From NCBI GenBank assembly GCA_038131245.1, contig JAYPPA010000011.1:1-59348 (forward strand): a stretch of DNA of 59,348 nucleotides, read 5' to 3'. A program made the translations under genes and the position numbers. This DNA is from Rickettsia sp. Its GTDB lineage: Bacteria > Pseudomonadota > Alphaproteobacteria > Rickettsiales > UBA1997. Of the stretch, positions 27,400 through 39,893 are shown in pieces (position 1 is the first letter of the stretch; the number at the start of each line of letters is the position of its first letter). Below the pieces are notes generated by a model. The model ran no database searches. It was given only the letters and a program-made list of their open reading frames with translations, and was not told where the DNA came from.

Positions 27400-29187
27400 C
27401 TAACTTTTTTTACGGCGGAAAAATGCCGGAACATTCAATATATCATCCGATATATTACCCTTTGATTTTTTTTCTGCACCGTCTAAGGAAACTTCTTTTT
27501 CGGCAATTTTTACCTCTTTTTCTTCTTCTTGATTTTTTTCATTATCATTTCCGACTTCCACAGGTAAATCTTCTTGCTCATCATTTTCATCCTCGTCTAA
27601 ATCAACCACTTTAGCAGAAGATTCCTTCTTCTGATGAATCTTATCATTGTCATTTCCTTCCTCATTCTCATCTTCCTGAGTTTCTTCTATATCATTTTCA
27701 GAGCTAGAGTCATCCTCATCAGGTTTTTTACTATTGATAAGCTCCTCAAGTTGCTTTGCCTGCTCTTCATCCAAATCAACATCATCAACAACTTCTTTCT
27801 CCTTCGAAGATGAAGACATAAAGCTAAACAAAGAGAATCCAGAATCTTTATCTTTCTTTTTTGCAGGCTTTTTTTCCGACTTAACTTCTTTGACAGAATC
27901 ATGCTGCTCTTCTTCATCAGCACCAGAATCATCACTAAAAAAACTAATTTGTGAAATTGCTGACTGGATTTGCTTCGCCGAAGAATTCTTGTCAGCCTTA
28001 CCATAGTTAGGGTTTTCATCCTCTTGCAACTCGCTTTTAGCTTGAAAATCATTAGAAATCTTAGCAACAGGCTTCGCTTCAGGAACTACTGTTTTACCTG
28101 GGTCAAAAAAAGATTTTCCTTCTTTTTCAACCTCTCGAACAGCAAAATTATCATCAATTGATCTAAATTTTGACGAAGTATTATTATTGGTAGTTTCACG
28201 AATAATATTCTGACGATATTCCTCTTCATCAATCCCAGTTGCAACCACGCTCACTCGGATCTTACCCTTCATGTTTTCATCAAATGCCGAACCAAAAATA
28301 ATATTAGCATTATCATCAACCTCTTTTCTGATCGTATTCACCGCCATATCAGCCTCAAATAGCGTCATATCAGGCCCACCAGTCATGTTAACCAACACAC
28401 CTTTTGCACCGCGAATCGAAATGTCATCAAGAAGGGGATTTGAAATCGCAGCCTCACAAGCATCAATCGCCCGATTCTCACCCTCAGCCTCACCAGTTCC
28501 CATCATCGCCTTGCCCATTTTCGTCATCACCGTGCGAATATCCGCAAAATCAAGATTCACAAGACCTGGCATCGTAATCAAATCCGTCACACCCCGCACA
28601 CCCGCATTCAAAACATCATCCGCCATCTTAAACGCCGACTCAAAAGTCGTCCTCTCATTGGCAATCCTAAATAAATTCTGATTTGGAATAATAATCAAAG
28701 TATCAACATTCTTTTTCAGTTCTTCAATGCCATTTTCCGCAGTATCCATACGGTATTTGCCTTCAAAATGAAAAGGTTTAGTCACAACGCCAACTGTCAA
28801 AATATCCTTATCTTTAGCAAGTTTCGCAATAACCGGAGCAGCCCCAGTCCCAGTTCCACCACCCATCCCAGCAGCAATAAAAATCATGTGATTACCCTCA
28901 AGCAGCTTTTCAATCTCCTCAATATTCTCCTCAGCAGCAGCCCGACCACGATCCGGAAAAGAACCAGCCCCAAGACCCTTCGTCGTAGTCTCACCAAGTT
29001 GAATTTTATTCTCAGCTAAAGAATGTTCCAAAGCCTGAGCATCAGTATTCGCAGCGACAAATTCAACCCCTTCAAGTTTCGAATTGATCATGTTGTTAAT
29101 CGCGTTACCACCTGCTCCGCCGACACCAAAAATCGTAATTTTTGGTTTCAAAGTTTCTGGTTTTGGAATATCAATATTTAAAGCCAT
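27400..29187 (-). CDS. ftsZ: Cell division protein FtsZ with a long acidic linker
   Basis: [24 protein letters not shown] and C-terminal [11 protein letters not shown]. Confidence 0.98.
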   Translation of the reverse strand: MALNIDIPKPETLKPKITIFGVGGAGGNAINNMINSKLEGVEFVAANTDAQALEHSLAENKIQLGETTTKGLGAGSFPDRGRAAAEENIEEIEKLLEGNHMIFIAAGMGGGTGTGAAPVIAKLAKDKDILTVGVVTKPFHFEGKYRMDTAENGIEELKKNVDTLIIIPNQNLFRIANERTTFESAFKMADDVLNAGVRGVTDLITMPGLVNLDFADIRTVMTKMGKAMMGTGEAEGENRAIDACEAAISNPLLDDISIRGAKGVLVNMTGGPDMTLFEADMAVNTIRKEVDDNANIIFGSAFDENMKGKIRVSVVATGIDEEEYRQNIIRETTNNNTSSKFRSIDDNFAVREVEKEGKSFFDPGKTVVPEAKPVAKISNDFQAKSELQEDENPNYGKADKNSSAKQIQSAISQISFFSDDSGADEEEQHDSVKEVKSEKKPAKKKDKDSGFSLFSFMSSSSKEKEVVDDVDLDEEQAKQLEELINSKKPDEDDSSSENDIEETQEDENEEGNDNDKIHQKKESSAKVVDLDEDENDEQEDLPVEVGNDNEKNQEEEKEVKIAEKEVSLDGAEKKSKGNISDDILNVPAFFRRKKS

Positions 29188-29278
29188 TTGAAAAAATTTT
29201 AATTAATCTTATAGCTACAATTTTAGCTGCAATATATCCATTGTCAACAAGAAAATTAGCAAACTAAATTAATATTAT

Positions 29279-29319
29279 TCTTGAAAATTTAAATTTGACA
29301 TGATATGCTATAATTGGGT
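29279..29319 (+). promoter_or_regulatory. 41-bp promoter-like cassette (second copy at 5204-5244 on the minus strand)
   Basis: 38/41 identity with the reverse complement of 5204-5244; contains TTGAAA-17-TATGCT and an overlapping TGcTATAAT. Confidence 0.65.
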
Positions 29320-29338
29320 TAATTTACACTTTTTTTTA

Positions 29339-29410
29339 AATTATATGACAATTATAGCTAAAATTACACGAAAATTATACTAAATTATAGCAAATTACAC
29401 TAAATAATAC
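29339..29410 (+). repeat. Degenerate tandem repeat with a 10-11 bp period (AAATTAYA core)
   Basis: Units AAATTATATG, CAATTATAGC, AAATTACACG, AAATTATACT, AAATTATAGC, AAATTACACT, AAATAATAC. Confidence 0.7.
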
Positions 29411-29543
29411 CTACTCTACTTCTAAAAAACTCAAATTTCTCCAAATAAACTCTTAAAAAAACCCTAAAAAACCCTAAATTAAAGCTTTATTTTAATAAAG
29501 AAATGGTTTATTATTAGTATATACAACCTTTAACAAAGCTTTC

Positions 29544-31364
29544 ATGATTAATGTTTTTGAAAAATACAGAGAAATTTTTGTAAGCGCAATTCAAAATATT
29601 GCCTTAGAAAATAAAATACAAATCGATCAAAATTCCCTAGATAAGATAACTATAGAGCCTACGAAAAGCCTAGATCACGGCGATATTGCTTGTAATGGGG
29701 CAATGGTTATGGTAAAAAATTTTAGCACCATATATAAAAGCCCAAGAGAATTGGCTAGTAAAATTATTCAAGAAATTCAAGAAATCAAAAACCCGCAAAA
29801 TAGCGATTTTATTGAAGCAATTAATAAAACAGAAATTGCAGGTCCAGGATTTATTAATATATTTTTAGATAATTTGGTATTTCACAAAATTGCTGAAAAT
29901 TTAATTACAAAAGGTTCTTACGAATTTAAAAATATTGGTAAAGGCAAGAAAATCAACCTTGAATACGCTTCTCCTAATCCAACTGGACCGATCCACATTG
30001 GTCACACAAGAGGATCTATTTACGGTGATGTTTTGGCTAATTTACTTTCAAAATCTGGCTATGATGTTTTGAAAGAATATTACATTAATGATGCTGGGTC
30101 GCAAATATTTAAACTTGTTAAATCTACTTACCTAAGATATCTAGAGCAATTTGGTCAAAAAATCACTATCCTCGAAGGACTTTATCCAGGTGAATATTTA
30201 ATTGATATCGCCAAGAAAATTAAAGATCAATTTGGCGATAAATTCCTTAATTTGCTTGATCAAAACCAAGAAAACGAACCAGATGATGCAAAATATCTCG
30301 AGTTTAGAGAATTTGTCGTTGATAATATGATAAAGCTAGTTATTGGCGATCTAGAAAATCTTGGGATAAAACATGATAGCTATTTTTCTGAAAAGAAAAA
30401 CCTACATGATACTGGTAAAATCGAAGAAGCAATCAACATTTTGGATAAAAAAGGCCTAATTTATGTTGGACAGCTAGAAATTCCCAAAACTGCTAAAGGT
30501 GTTGGTGCAATACCAGAAGGATACCAGCAAGAAGATCAAACTTTATTTAAATCGACATTATTTGGCGATGACCAAGATCGTGTTGTAAAAAAATCTGATA
30601 ACTCTACCACTTATTTTGCTGGAGATTTAGCATATATAATGTCAAAATATGAAAGAGGTGCTAAAAAATTTATCATGCCACTTGGTTTTGATCATGCTGG
30701 CTATGTAAAGCGCTTGACTGCTGCGGTGAAGGCTTTGACTAATGATGAATGCGAGCTAAAGGTAATTTTATGCCAAATGGTAAAATTCGTCAAAGATGGT
30801 GAACCTTTAAAAATGTCAAAAAGATCTGGGAATTTTATTACTGCTCGTGATGTTGTTGATGAAGTTGGCGCGGATGCACTTCGATTCATAATGCTGACTC
30901 GTAAGAATGATACTCCCTTTGATTTTGACTTGAATAAGGTAATTGAGCAATCAAAAGATAATCCGATTTTTTATGTGCAATATGCTCATGCGCGGTGCTG
31001 CTCGGTTGAAAGGAATGCTGCTTTGGAAGGTTTCACAGAGATTAAATGTGAGTCAAAATATCTGAAGTTGCTTACTGATGAGGCGGAAATTGCTATTTTG
31101 AAAAAAATAGCGCAATTTCCTAGAATTATTAACGAAGCCGTGGAAAAGCTTGAACCGCACAAAATTGCTTTTTATCTACAAGATTTAAGCTCCACCTTTC
31201 ACTCTTTATGGAACAAAGGTGTTGAAAATTCAGATCTAAAATTTATTATTAAAGATAACAAAGATTTAACAATTGCAAGATTATTAATGATTAAGGCTCT
31301 TAAAATTACCATATCAACAGGTCTTGAAATCTTTAACATCAAGGCTCTAGAGGAAATGAAATAA
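29544..31364 (+). CDS. argS: Arginine--tRNA ligase
   Basis: AGPGFIN, SPNPTGPIHIGH, KMSKRSG and YVQYAHAR. Confidence 0.98.
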   Translation: MINVFEKYREIFVSAIQNIALENKIQIDQNSLDKITIEPTKSLDHGDIACNGAMVMVKNFSTIYKSPRELASKIIQEIQEIKNPQNSDFIEAINKTEIAGPGFINIFLDNLVFHKIAENLITKGSYEFKNIGKGKKINLEYASPNPTGPIHIGHTRGSIYGDVLANLLSKSGYDVLKEYYINDAGSQIFKLVKSTYLRYLEQFGQKITILEGLYPGEYLIDIAKKIKDQFGDKFLNLLDQNQENEPDDAKYLEFREFVVDNMIKLVIGDLENLGIKHDSYFSEKKNLHDTGKIEEAINILDKKGLIYVGQLEIPKTAKGVGAIPEGYQQEDQTLFKSTLFGDDQDRVVKKSDNSTTYFAGDLAYIMSKYERGAKKFIMPLGFDHAGYVKRLTAAVKALTNDECELKVILCQMVKFVKDGEPLKMSKRSGNFITARDVVDEVGADALRFIMLTRKNDTPFDFDLNKVIEQSKDNPIFYVQYAHARCCSVERNAALEGFTEIKCESKYLKLLTDEAEIAILKKIAQFPRIINEAVEKLEPHKIAFYLQDLSSTFHSLWNKGVENSDLKFIIKDNKDLTIARLLMIKALKITISTGLEIFNIKALEEMK

Positions 31365-32053
31365 TGGAAGATTTTGGTTATAAAAGTGAAAATGACGAGA
31401 ATTATACCAAGGTGCTAATCAAAAAGGCGCTATTATTGGGGCTAATTGTCTTTTCAATGTTCTGCTTCATTTACATAGGAGTCAACGCTTACAACTATTT
31501 CCAAAATAACAAAGAAATTAAAACCATAGAACCTAAGATTGTAAAAATTAAAACCTATCCAGATTTAAAGACTCCAAATGATGAAGAATCTCAAATAAAA
31601 ATTGACAGTTCAATTTATGAAGATATTTTTGGCACCAGAAAAAACGAAAAAGAAGAAGTAAAAGTAAAAAAAGTTGTAAAGCCAGCAATACCACCTGAAA
31701 CAATAAAAACTGTAGAAATAAGCAAACCTAAAAAGTCTATCAACAAACCAAAATCAACTGTTGTGCCTTCAAGCAAGAGAAATCTAAACGGTCGAAAAAT
31801 GTCCAGGGTGCAGCTTGCTGCTATGACTACAAAGGATGGAGCTATTCGATTTTTAAAATCCACCAAATCAAAACACTCAAGAATCTTTGCTGGACTTGAC
31901 GGCTATATCCAAGAAGTTGATCTAGGTAAAAGGGGCATCTTTTTCAGAGTCCAAGTTGGAGACTTTTACGATCAAATCAGGGCTGAAAATTTTTGCAAAA
32001 AATATATTGCTGCCACGCAAAAATCCAGATCGGATTGTATTATCGTGGATTAG
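31364..32053 (+). CDS. SPOR-domain membrane protein (FtsN-like position downstream of argS)
   Basis: N-terminal TM, flexible linker and C-terminal RVQLAA...FFRVQVG...FC...C SPOR signature. Confidence 0.88.
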   Translation: MEDFGYKSENDENYTKVLIKKALLLGLIVFSMFCFIYIGVNAYNYFQNNKEIKTIEPKIVKIKTYPDLKTPNDEESQIKIDSSIYEDIFGTRKNEKEEVKVKKVVKPAIPPETIKTVEISKPKKSINKPKSTVVPSSKRNLNGRKMSRVQLAAMTTKDGAIRFLKSTKSKHSRIFAGLDGYIQEVDLGKRGIFFRVQVGDFYDQIRAENFCKKYIAATQKSRSDCIIVD

Positions 32054-32523
32054 CTAGGATTAACAGCTACACTTTTAGTCTGATTGCTTCGAAATTCAGC
32101 TAACGCTTTAGCTATTTTCTCATCATTAAGCCCAATTATTGAGGCTGCGAATAAGGCTGCATTTTTTGCTCCGGCTTCGCCAATTGCAAAAGTTCCAACC
32201 GGAATTCCGCCTGGCATCTGAACTATTGAAAGTAGGCTATCCATGCCCTTTAAAGCCTTGCTTTTAATTGGTACACCAAGCACCGGAATATCAGTTAACG
32301 AAGCAACCATTCCTGGCAAGTGAGCTGCGCCGCCTGCTCCGGCGATAATTACCTGAACGCCGCGCTCTTTTGCTTCTTTAGCGAATTGGTACAAACGATC
32401 TGGTGTTCTATGTGCAGACACAATTTTGGCTTCATAAGCAAGACCCAAATCGTCTAGAATCTCGCAAGCCTTTTCCATTGTTGAATAGTCTGACTGCGAT
32501 CCCATTATTACTGATACTTTCAT
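32050..32523 (-). CDS. purE: N5-carboxyaminoimidazole ribonucleotide mutase
   Basis: [23 protein letters not shown] and SIVQMPGG. Confidence 0.98.
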   Translation of the reverse strand: MKVSVIMGSQSDYSTMEKACEILDDLGLAYEAKIVSAHRTPDRLYQFAKEAKERGVQVIIAGAGGAAHLPGMVASLTDIPVLGVPIKSKALKGMDSLLSIVQMPGGIPVGTFAIGEAGAKNAALFAASIIGLNDEKIAKALAEFRSNQTKSVAVNPS

Positions 32524-32543
32524 ATTTTTTGCTTTAATTATTA

Positions 32544-35500
32544 TTAAGGAACTAAAGATCTATCATATAGATGGTATCTTATGCCATCGGTATGAAGAAT
32601 TCTTGTTGGATAGTAAGCCATACTAGAAATATTATGAGGAAGCATCCCTGGCGGATAAGTATATTGAGACCAAATCGTTCTAGTAACTGCTGAAGCAGAA
32701 GTTAAAGACTGACCAACCGGAACGAGTGTCAAGCTAAATTGTCTACTAGTTCCAGCACCAACAAAAGAAGCAGGGGGAGCATAGGAAGGAATGTTTCCAG
32801 CCCTAGCTGTAATAGCATACTTCTCATTTGCAGGAATATAAAAACCCATACCATCATGAGCACTCCAACCAAGACCTGGAATATAACTAGAAAAATGTCC
32901 ACCATTATTGGTAGTTGTTCTAAATAAATTAATATTATTTGTCAAAGTTCCGCCAGAAGAGCGTAAATCCACTTGATAAGTCACGGTATCATTAGTGTTA
33001 CCACAAGCATAAGTAATAGTAAAACCACCCTCTTGTCCATCATCTATAGTATAATTAGCTGGTAAATAAACATTTAATGCATAACCATTAGGACAATCAC
33101 CTGGATTGGTAGTTAATAAAAACCTACTCGCAGCACTTGTCCCAGTACTAAATGAATTTCGACAGTTGGCATCGTTTTCCAATAACCATGTGCCATCAGA
33201 CTGACAAGTAATTTTTGGCGCCAAGCCTACTAAAACAGATCTAGTGCCACAAGATCCATTAATTATCGCTCCTGGCACATAACTAGAAGCAGACATAGCA
33301 AACGGAGCAAGATCGCTAGGTCCAACATAACTATAAGATCCACAGCTATAAACCCTACTTGTTGGTAATACTGGATACAAGGCGGGGTTGTTAACTCCAA
33401 AAGTACCCCAAGCATAAGATGAAGCAGATGGTGGCGTAGCAACACCCCAAGTTCTTACTGCAGTGGAACAATTAGTACAATCCACACTTAAATTAGCTAA
33501 AGTATCATCCTCTTTTAACATTCCCATCCCAGTTGCAATCGAAGATGTTCTTTGAATATGTCTATAAGTAACAAAATTTGGATTCGGAGAAATTCCATGT
33601 AAAGTTTGAGATCCCCAGGCTGAAGAAGGGTAATCATACATGGAATAAGGACAGCCGCCAAAAGAAGAACCTGTGTTTTCATTTAATAATGTAGTTCCAT
33701 CATTGCATTTATAGCTTCTCCTCCAATAATAACAAGCATCACGAGCAGCAGTCCCAGTCAATCCAGCTGTTGTTGCTGCTGGGATTGGATTTGGCGTCCT
33801 ACAAGAACTATAAGCCATAAATTCAAATATCTCTCCAGATTTAACATACATTTCCCCAGCAGAAGAAATATCAGAAGATCGAATCACATAATTAGAACCA
33901 GAAGATCCACAGCTCCCAGCTGCACCAACCGTCATAGATCTTAAGAATGATGAGGTTACTCTACATGACCTTAAGCAGCTTCCAGCATTGCTAGCAACCC
34001 AAGTACCAGCTCCACCAGGATCACAAGTTACATACGGAGCCGCAGAAGAGCTGCTTGCCATAGCGTAATGACCAGGAGTATTGCAGCTTACCCTTGAACC
34101 TGAAATAGTTTGGCCCGGATAATATAGACTGGATGAAGCTGAAATATGGAGGCGAGCATTAACAGCTGTTGGGGTAGTTGGTGCATTACAAACACCGCAA
34201 TTACTACCTGAAGATCTTTCCAAATAAGTTTGATCAATATTAGTGCCAGGAATTTTACAATATAAGACTGGTGTTGCACTGGTTAATCCAGATATTAAGC
34301 CCAATATTCTCGCCCTTTCTGTCGGGTTTATCGTTAAAGGAACTGAGCAAACACCAGTAACAGTTTCAAATCCAGTAATTGTAGCCCTAGCAGCATGTTC
34401 AGCAGAAGTGTAAGATTGAATAGAATCAACATAACCCCTAGTTGCAGTAGAAGAGAAATTCGCACTGCCAACAATTCCATTATTTAAGGCGCACATTGGC
34501 TCTGGGTCTTCCCACCGTCCATTTGCTCCACATCTTCTCTTCAATAAATATAAGCCATTAGTTCTACCTTGAATAAAGTGAGAAGCATTTAAATTTGCCT
34601 CAGGACCTGTCCAATTTGATATATAAGCTACTTGACCAAAATCAGTCGCCGGCCAATCAATATTTATACTACCAGAAGAAGTGCTATGAGTAGTTCTTCC
34701 TACCCCAATTCGATTATCCTGAGAAGCCCCAGGGCATTGATTGATACATGGATTTGTTGGAGCTCTCCATATCCTGTAAGTAGAACTTCCGGATGTGCCC
34801 CCAATACAGTACCTTTTAGGCATTTCAGCCGGCCTAGTTAAATCAGCCGCATTTGGCAAGGTTACTCCAAGTGGATTTGTGGCTGGCGGATAAGGATTTT
34901 GCACATAACCAGCATGACAAGCAGTCGCAGTAACTTGATCCGCATTCCCACCAGCAGAAACAATCGAAGCCATTCTTGTTGCTGTAACTTCATCCCATGT
35001 TGCAAATCCATTATTTGAACTGCTAGAATTTGTTGGAACCGATGTGGCAGTAATCTGCGAACAAGTCAATGTACTACACGGATTAATTACTGGTCCCCAA
35101 TTTCCTAAATAATCGCACTCTCTAGTTGGAGCAGATCCACCAGAAGTTTGGAAGAACCCAATCGCAGTATTACAAGTTCCAGTAGAAGTAGATCCAGGCT
35201 GAATTCTTGTCAAATGCCTTGAAGCACTAACCTCAGGAAAGGATGCTCCACCGCTAGCAAACCAAGCATTCCAACCCGCAACATCAGTAATCGATGTTGG
35301 TTGAGCAGGAATAATCGCTGGACAAGTAATCCTGACACAACCCCTAGTTCTAGTGGCAGGCCTAGGGTCACCAGCCGGATTAGTCGAAGCAGAAGTCGTA
35401 GAAGTCGAAGTAACAACCGGAGCAGCAGCCTCAACTTGCTCTACACTTAACACATTCCTACTAGAACAAGGCGTTGAAGATAAATCCACAGAATCCCTCG

Positions 35501-38500
35501 TTAAGCCAGAATAATTACCAGATAACGCACAAAGTCGCCTCGGCAATTCTCCACCTGTATAACCAGTAATATTGCCAGCAACAGCAGTAGCCCCCGCAGG
35601 CACAACCGTAGAACCAACCGCCTTAAAGCCAGTAATACAGCTATCCGCTTGCCTAATAAATTCTGGCGGCCTTAAAGTAGAAGGCGGAAGGTAAGAAGGC
35701 CAATTCGCAAATCCATGCCTCGCCCCCTTACATTCACCAGTCTCAGCATCATCATACGATCCAAGATACTCCCCTTGTATATTAGGCGCATTTGCATATC
35801 TACTAGTACAAGTCCTTCTAACGCATTGATTTTGTAAAGTTGACATATCTAAAACACCTTGATAGCGGTTAGCCCCAGGTGCAGTATTTGTCACACAATT
35901 GACTCTTGGATAGTTATTTTGATAATTAGCATTTAAACTATATGTCCATCCATTAGCCAAATCACAAGAACCAACTACAGAAGACCCAACATTTACAATT
36001 GGAAAATTCTCACCAACTGGAGGAGTCTGAGCACTGCCATCATAAGCCGTACAAACATTTCTTACCGTGATACGAGAAAACCAACCCATTTCTTTAGCAG
36101 TAGCCCTTCTTACTTCAAAATTAACAGGATCAGAAATAGGGAAATCCAACGATGGCACAGTCACACAGCGACAATTATATCCATCACCACCAGATAAGCA
36201 ATTTGTAGCAGTATTATCAGTAGTTGTAGTAGTCCCACCAGTCGTTGTTGATACAGTATCCGTTAAATATCTACTATCAGCCCTAACCTGACATATACCC
36301 ATTCTTCCATCTGGAACTTTATGCGCAACAACATACGAAAGACGATTTTCAAGACCTCTAGTAATCTCAATTATATTATGCCAACCATACAAGAACGGAG
36401 TCTGTCCAGTAGTACAAGGCGCAAGAGACGAAGTCGCAGCAGTCACATCAGGACCTTCCAAATATAAACTATCCGAAGTATAGCAACGATGAGCACCATA
36501 ATCATTGGTTTCCAGTATATTAAAAATCGTACCATTTTCAGGCAAATCCCTTTGATTCAAACATTCAGGCAATACAGTTGCCTGACATTCTGATATCATT
36601 GCATCATAAGTACGCGTACTAGAGCCAGCAATAACAGCAGACGACCTCCTGCTACTAGCATCAGAACACTCCCTTGCAAGCTGAGTACAATAATGCCTCC
36701 TAACGCAGAATTTATAATTCTCAATTGAGAAAGTACAATATTCTCTACTATGCGACCTTAAGGTAAAGTTATGATAAGCCGGCGGAACATAAGCCTGAGC
36801 CACAGCCGGCAAAGTACTAGGGTTAGAAGGATTTAAGGCATGAGCATTAAGTCTAAACTGAAATAAATCACTTCCAGAAGAAGAGGCAATCCAATTCGGA
36901 GCAGAAAAAGGTGGATTTCTATAAACACAACCCACCTTTAATGGATTAAGAGAAATATTACCACTACCATCCCTAGTTTTTTCATAAACACATACTATAC
37001 CCCTACCAGAAGCCACATCATAATCTTTTTCCAAATATACTTGTGTAGAAACCCTGTATCCTACCCCTGGAATTTGCGAATACAAAGTCGCAAAAGCCGG
37101 AGATTCTGAACTAATACCCCCAGGAGAAGTATCAGTACCACCTCTACCCGTCAATTCTCCAGCATCAAGCGACAAGAATGTCTGGTTATAGCCACTTAAA
37201 AAACCAGCCCTTGGACAATTCGCAGTGCTACTAGATCTATAACATGAAGAAGTCGGAGCAGCATTGCCATCAGCAAATATAGATAGTGGAGTAGTTCCAT
37301 ATTGTATCAAGACCTCTGGCCTATGAAAATCTGTAGTCGCAGCACGATAACCACCATAAACACTATTAACACTAGCAATAATAACCGGTGGATTATACAT
37401 CGTTGGAGAATTATAAACATTCGCTAAATTATACAGCATCGCCGAACCAGACCTTTTAACTATTGGCGCACAATAATCCGCTGGATAGAAATTACCATCC
37501 CTATCATAATAACCTCTCTTACCATTAGTCGAACCAGTTGGTTGGTTATTCAAAACAAAATCTGCCTTATGAACATTTCTCCATTTTGTCGCCTGACCTT
37601 CATCGCTTGCAGAATCATAACCGTGACATCCAGTAGTATCATAACGATTAGGAACACCATCTGTCACAGTATTATCATTTTGACATGTTTTTCCATCTCC
37701 AATTTCTTGATTACCTCGATCAGCACCAAAATTCCTTCCTCCATTATAAGAAGTATGACCTTTAGCATCTAAATAACCACAAATTACACCCTCTCTACCA
37801 CCAGCAGAATCTTGAGCTTCATAATACACAGCCCTAACCCGCAAATAATTATCAATAACAGATTGACAGCCAGCACTCATATCATTTCCATCTCTCATCA
37901 TGCATTCTTGAGGATTAACAGTATCATCAGTAGGATCGACAGTTATAGAAAAAGTCCGACATACATCAACTCCACAAATTTGTGTCCAAATACTACTATC
38001 AGTCGTAGAAGAAGCCGTCGGAATACATTCCCTTCTACCTTCACACTCTGTACAAAGTGCATTTTTAAATCTCAAGCAAAGCTCAACACTATGAGTAGAA
38101 ACATTATTAGCAAAACTCGTAGTAACATCACCCTTATAATACATCACATCATCATCAACATCATTATAAAGCAAGCCATTAGTACCTTTTAAATAAATAT
38201 AGCCATTACCCCTTCCTCCAGCGGTTCCCATGCCACAAACCCCAGGTGAGATTGAATCTTCAAACAAATCGTAATAATAAAAATGCAAAGTTCCAAACAA
38301 AAGATTTACACTGCTATACCTCCGTCCGGTAACACTTTGAAGAGCTCTCCAATTTCTACCATAACACAAACCAGGCTCAACATTTCCACCACCAGCCCCA
38401 CCATAACCCCTAATATAACGCCTCTGCTCACCTCCCACTGTAACAAGCCCCCCGGTTGCCTTACTAGATGGAGCCGGCCTATAAAACCACGAATTATAAG

Positions 38501-39893
38501 GATCAGACCCCGAAGAAGAAGTAATAGGCAAAGTCGGAGCAACACACATCGGATCAGCAGCATTCGCCGTCAAACTACAATCAACCGTACGAAAACAGTA
38601 ACCTTGTTGTTGTCCAGGCTGAGTACCTTGACACTGCGAACCTGGACCTGATGTATCGCACAAAGGATCGGCCGTCACCCTAGCCGAATCAGCACTCGAA
38701 AGCGGACTACATCTCTTATAATCTCTAAATACATTGACACTTGAAAGTGGACATAAAGGCAGTGCAGAACAACCACCAGGATAACCACTCGTAGGATTCG
38801 CAGTCGTCACCGGCGATGTATAATGTCTGCCCGCACTATCTTGAATATCAGAAACATAAGCATCATAAGCAGCCCTATAAGAAGTCGACTTCGCTAAAAC
38901 TGTACTATACTCATTAGGATGGCTACAAGTATCAGTCCCAGGACCGGGCGGACAAGTATGATTTTGACATATCTTATGTGTATAAGTTAAATCAACAAAC
39001 CGCAAAAGATCCTGCGGCATATCATAACACTTCAAAGCAGCACCTTCACAATATTGAAAATTATAAGCCCTACTAACCGCAGTCCCAGCAGAACCACTAC
39101 CCGCAGAAGGAGCCGAATCAGGAACCGGATACATCCTAAAATGCTCTTTTGGCCACAATCTATCGCATCTTGCCATAGAACAATTCGCACCACCACCAGT
39201 ACCAACAACAGGAGAAACGGTCAATGGCAACTGATGACACAATCTTTGCACGCAATTAGACCCAACGCTAGCCGTCATTCCTGTTGGCATCGAATCACAA
39301 AATCTTATACAATTTGTATTAAAAATAGCTGGATTAGAAGTGGCGCTAAAATCAGGATGCGAACATAATCTTACGCAATTACCCAATGGAACTGCCCCGC
39401 TAGCAATGTGACTACAAAGCGGCAAGTCAACCACATCGTAACAATTAACCCTATGTTGAGGAGTCGCAGGAGCCCCAGCATGAGAACATGAAGGTAAATT
39501 TCTATATCGACAATTCACGGTAGGATTAGTAGTGGTAGCAACCGGATTAGGAGAAGTCACAGTATCACAATTCGGCAAAGTACTACTCTGAGCCTCAACA
39601 CTAACAACCGAATTTTTATAAATAGGAATCGCAACAAAAAACAAACCCGCCACGCAAGCAAGCTGAAAAACTCTCAACAAAGCCCCACTTCGCCATCCAA
39701 AAGAAAAATAAGAACTAAAAGCTCCAAATTTAATTCCAAAAGCCCAAAAAAATCGCTTCACCTTAAAAACAGCAACATTATAAAACCTAAACCTAGAGAA
39801 ATATAACTTAAAAAAATAAAAAACATAGCAAAACAGAGCCAAAATCAGGCTGTATAACAACCGTAATCTATTAAAAACTCTATTTAAGCTCAT
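32544..39893 (-). CDS. Giant (~2450 aa) cysteine-rich exported protein with Sushi/CCP-like modules
   Basis: Uninterrupted 7.3-kb ORF; likely start is the ATG at 39893, overlapping the murD end. Hydrophobic N-terminus ending VEA-Q; about 100 Cys by hand count; repeated C-x-GY/F...P-x-R-x-C-xxx-G-x-W...C motifs. Confidence 0.85.
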   Translation of the reverse strand: MSLNRVFNRLRLLYSLILALFCYVFYFFKLYFSRFRFYNVAVFKVKRFFWAFGIKFGAFSSYFSFGWRSGALLRVFQLACVAGLFFVAIPIYKNSVVSVEAQSSTLPNCDTVTSPNPVATTTNPTVNCRYRNLPSCSHAGAPATPQHRVNCYDVVDLPLCSHIASGAVPLGNCVRLCSHPDFSATSNPAIFNTNCIRFCDSMPTGMTASVGSNCVQRLCHQLPLTVSPVVGTGGGANCSMARCDRLWPKEHFRMYPVPDSAPSAGSGSAGTAVSRAYNFQYCEGAALKCYDMPQDLLRFVDLTYTHKICQNHTCPPGPGTDTCSHPNEYSTVLAKSTSYRAAYDAYVSDIQDSAGRHYTSPVTTANPTSGYPGGCSALPLCPLSSVNVFRDYKRCSPLSSADSARVTADPLCDTSGPGSQCQGTQPGQQQGYCFRTVDCSLTANAADPMCVAPTLPITSSSGSDPYNSWFYRPAPSSKATGGLVTVGGEQRRYIRGYGGAGGGNVEPGLCYGRNWRALQSVTGRRYSSVNLLFGTLHFYYYDLFEDSISPGVCGMGTAGGRGNGYIYLKGTNGLLYNDVDDDVMYYKGDVTTSFANNVSTHSVELCLRFKNALCTECEGRRECIPTASSTTDSSIWTQICGVDVCRTFSITVDPTDDTVNPQECMMRDGNDMSAGCQSVIDNYLRVRAVYYEAQDSAGGREGVICGYLDAKGHTSYNGGRNFGADRGNQEIGDGKTCQNDNTVTDGVPNRYDTTGCHGYDSASDEGQATKWRNVHKADFVLNNQPTGSTNGKRGYYDRDGNFYPADYCAPIVKRSGSAMLYNLANVYNSPTMYNPPVIIASVNSVYGGYRAATTDFHRPEVLIQYGTTPLSIFADGNAAPTSSCYRSSSTANCPRAGFLSGYNQTFLSLDAGELTGRGGTDTSPGGISSESPAFATLYSQIPGVGYRVSTQVYLEKDYDVASGRGIVCVYEKTRDGSGNISLNPLKVGCVYRNPPFSAPNWIASSSGSDLFQFRLNAHALNPSNPSTLPAVAQAYVPPAYHNFTLRSHSREYCTFSIENYKFCVRRHYCTQLARECSDASSRRSSAVIAGSSTRTYDAMISECQATVLPECLNQRDLPENGTIFNILETNDYGAHRCYTSDSLYLEGPDVTAATSSLAPCTTGQTPFLYGWHNIIEITRGLENRLSYVVAHKVPDGRMGICQVRADSRYLTDTVSTTTGGTTTTTDNTATNCLSGGDGYNCRCVTVPSLDFPISDPVNFEVRRATAKEMGWFSRITVRNVCTAYDGSAQTPPVGENFPIVNVGSSVVGSCDLANGWTYSLNANYQNNYPRVNCVTNTAPGANRYQGVLDMSTLQNQCVRRTCTSRYANAPNIQGEYLGSYDDAETGECKGARHGFANWPSYLPPSTLRPPEFIRQADSCITGFKAVGSTVVPAGATAVAGNITGYTGGELPRRLCALSGNYSGLTRDSVDLSSTPCSSRNVLSVEQVEAAAPVVTSTSTTSASTNPAGDPRPATRTRGCVRITCPAIIPAQPTSITDVAGWNAWFASGGASFPEVSASRHLTRIQPGSTSTGTCNTAIGFFQTSGGSAPTRECDYLGNWGPVINPCSTLTCSQITATSVPTNSSSSNNGFATWDEVTATRMASIVSAGGNADQVTATACHAGYVQNPYPPATNPLGVTLPNAADLTRPAEMPKRYCIGGTSGSSTYRIWRAPTNPCINQCPGASQDNRIGVGRTTHSTSSGSINIDWPATDFGQVAYISNWTGPEANLNASHFIQGRTNGLYLLKRRCGANGRWEDPEPMCALNNGIVGSANFSSTATRGYVDSIQSYTSAEHAARATITGFETVTGVCSVPLTINPTERARILGLISGLTSATPVLYCKIPGTNIDQTYLERSSGSNCGVCNAPTTPTAVNARLHISASSSLYYPGQTISGSRVSCNTPGHYAMASSSSAAPYVTCDPGGAGTWVASNAGSCLRSCRVTSSFLRSMTVGAAGSCGSSGSNYVIRSSDISSAGEMYVKSGEIFEFMAYSSCRTPNPIPAATTAGLTGTAARDACYYWRRSYKCNDGTTLLNENTGSSFGGCPYSMYDYPSSAWGSQTLHGISPNPNFVTYRHIQRTSSIATGMGMLKEDDTLANLSVDCTNCSTAVRTWGVATPPSASSYAWGTFGVNNPALYPVLPTSRVYSCGSYSYVGPSDLAPFAMSASSYVPGAIINGSCGTRSVLVGLAPKITCQSDGTWLLENDANCRNSFSTGTSAASRFLLTTNPGDCPNGYALNVYLPANYTIDDGQEGGFTITYACGNTNDTVTYQVDLRSSGGTLTNNINLFRTTTNNGGHFSSYIPGLGWSAHDGMGFYIPANEKYAITARAGNIPSYAPPASFVGAGTSRQFSLTLVPVGQSLTSASAVTRTIWSQYTYPPGMLPHNISSMAYYPTRILHTDGIRYHLYDRSLVP

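Noticed and set aside
29188-29543. oriC
   Set aside because: No clear TTATCCACA boxes and no evident strand-skew switch across the region.
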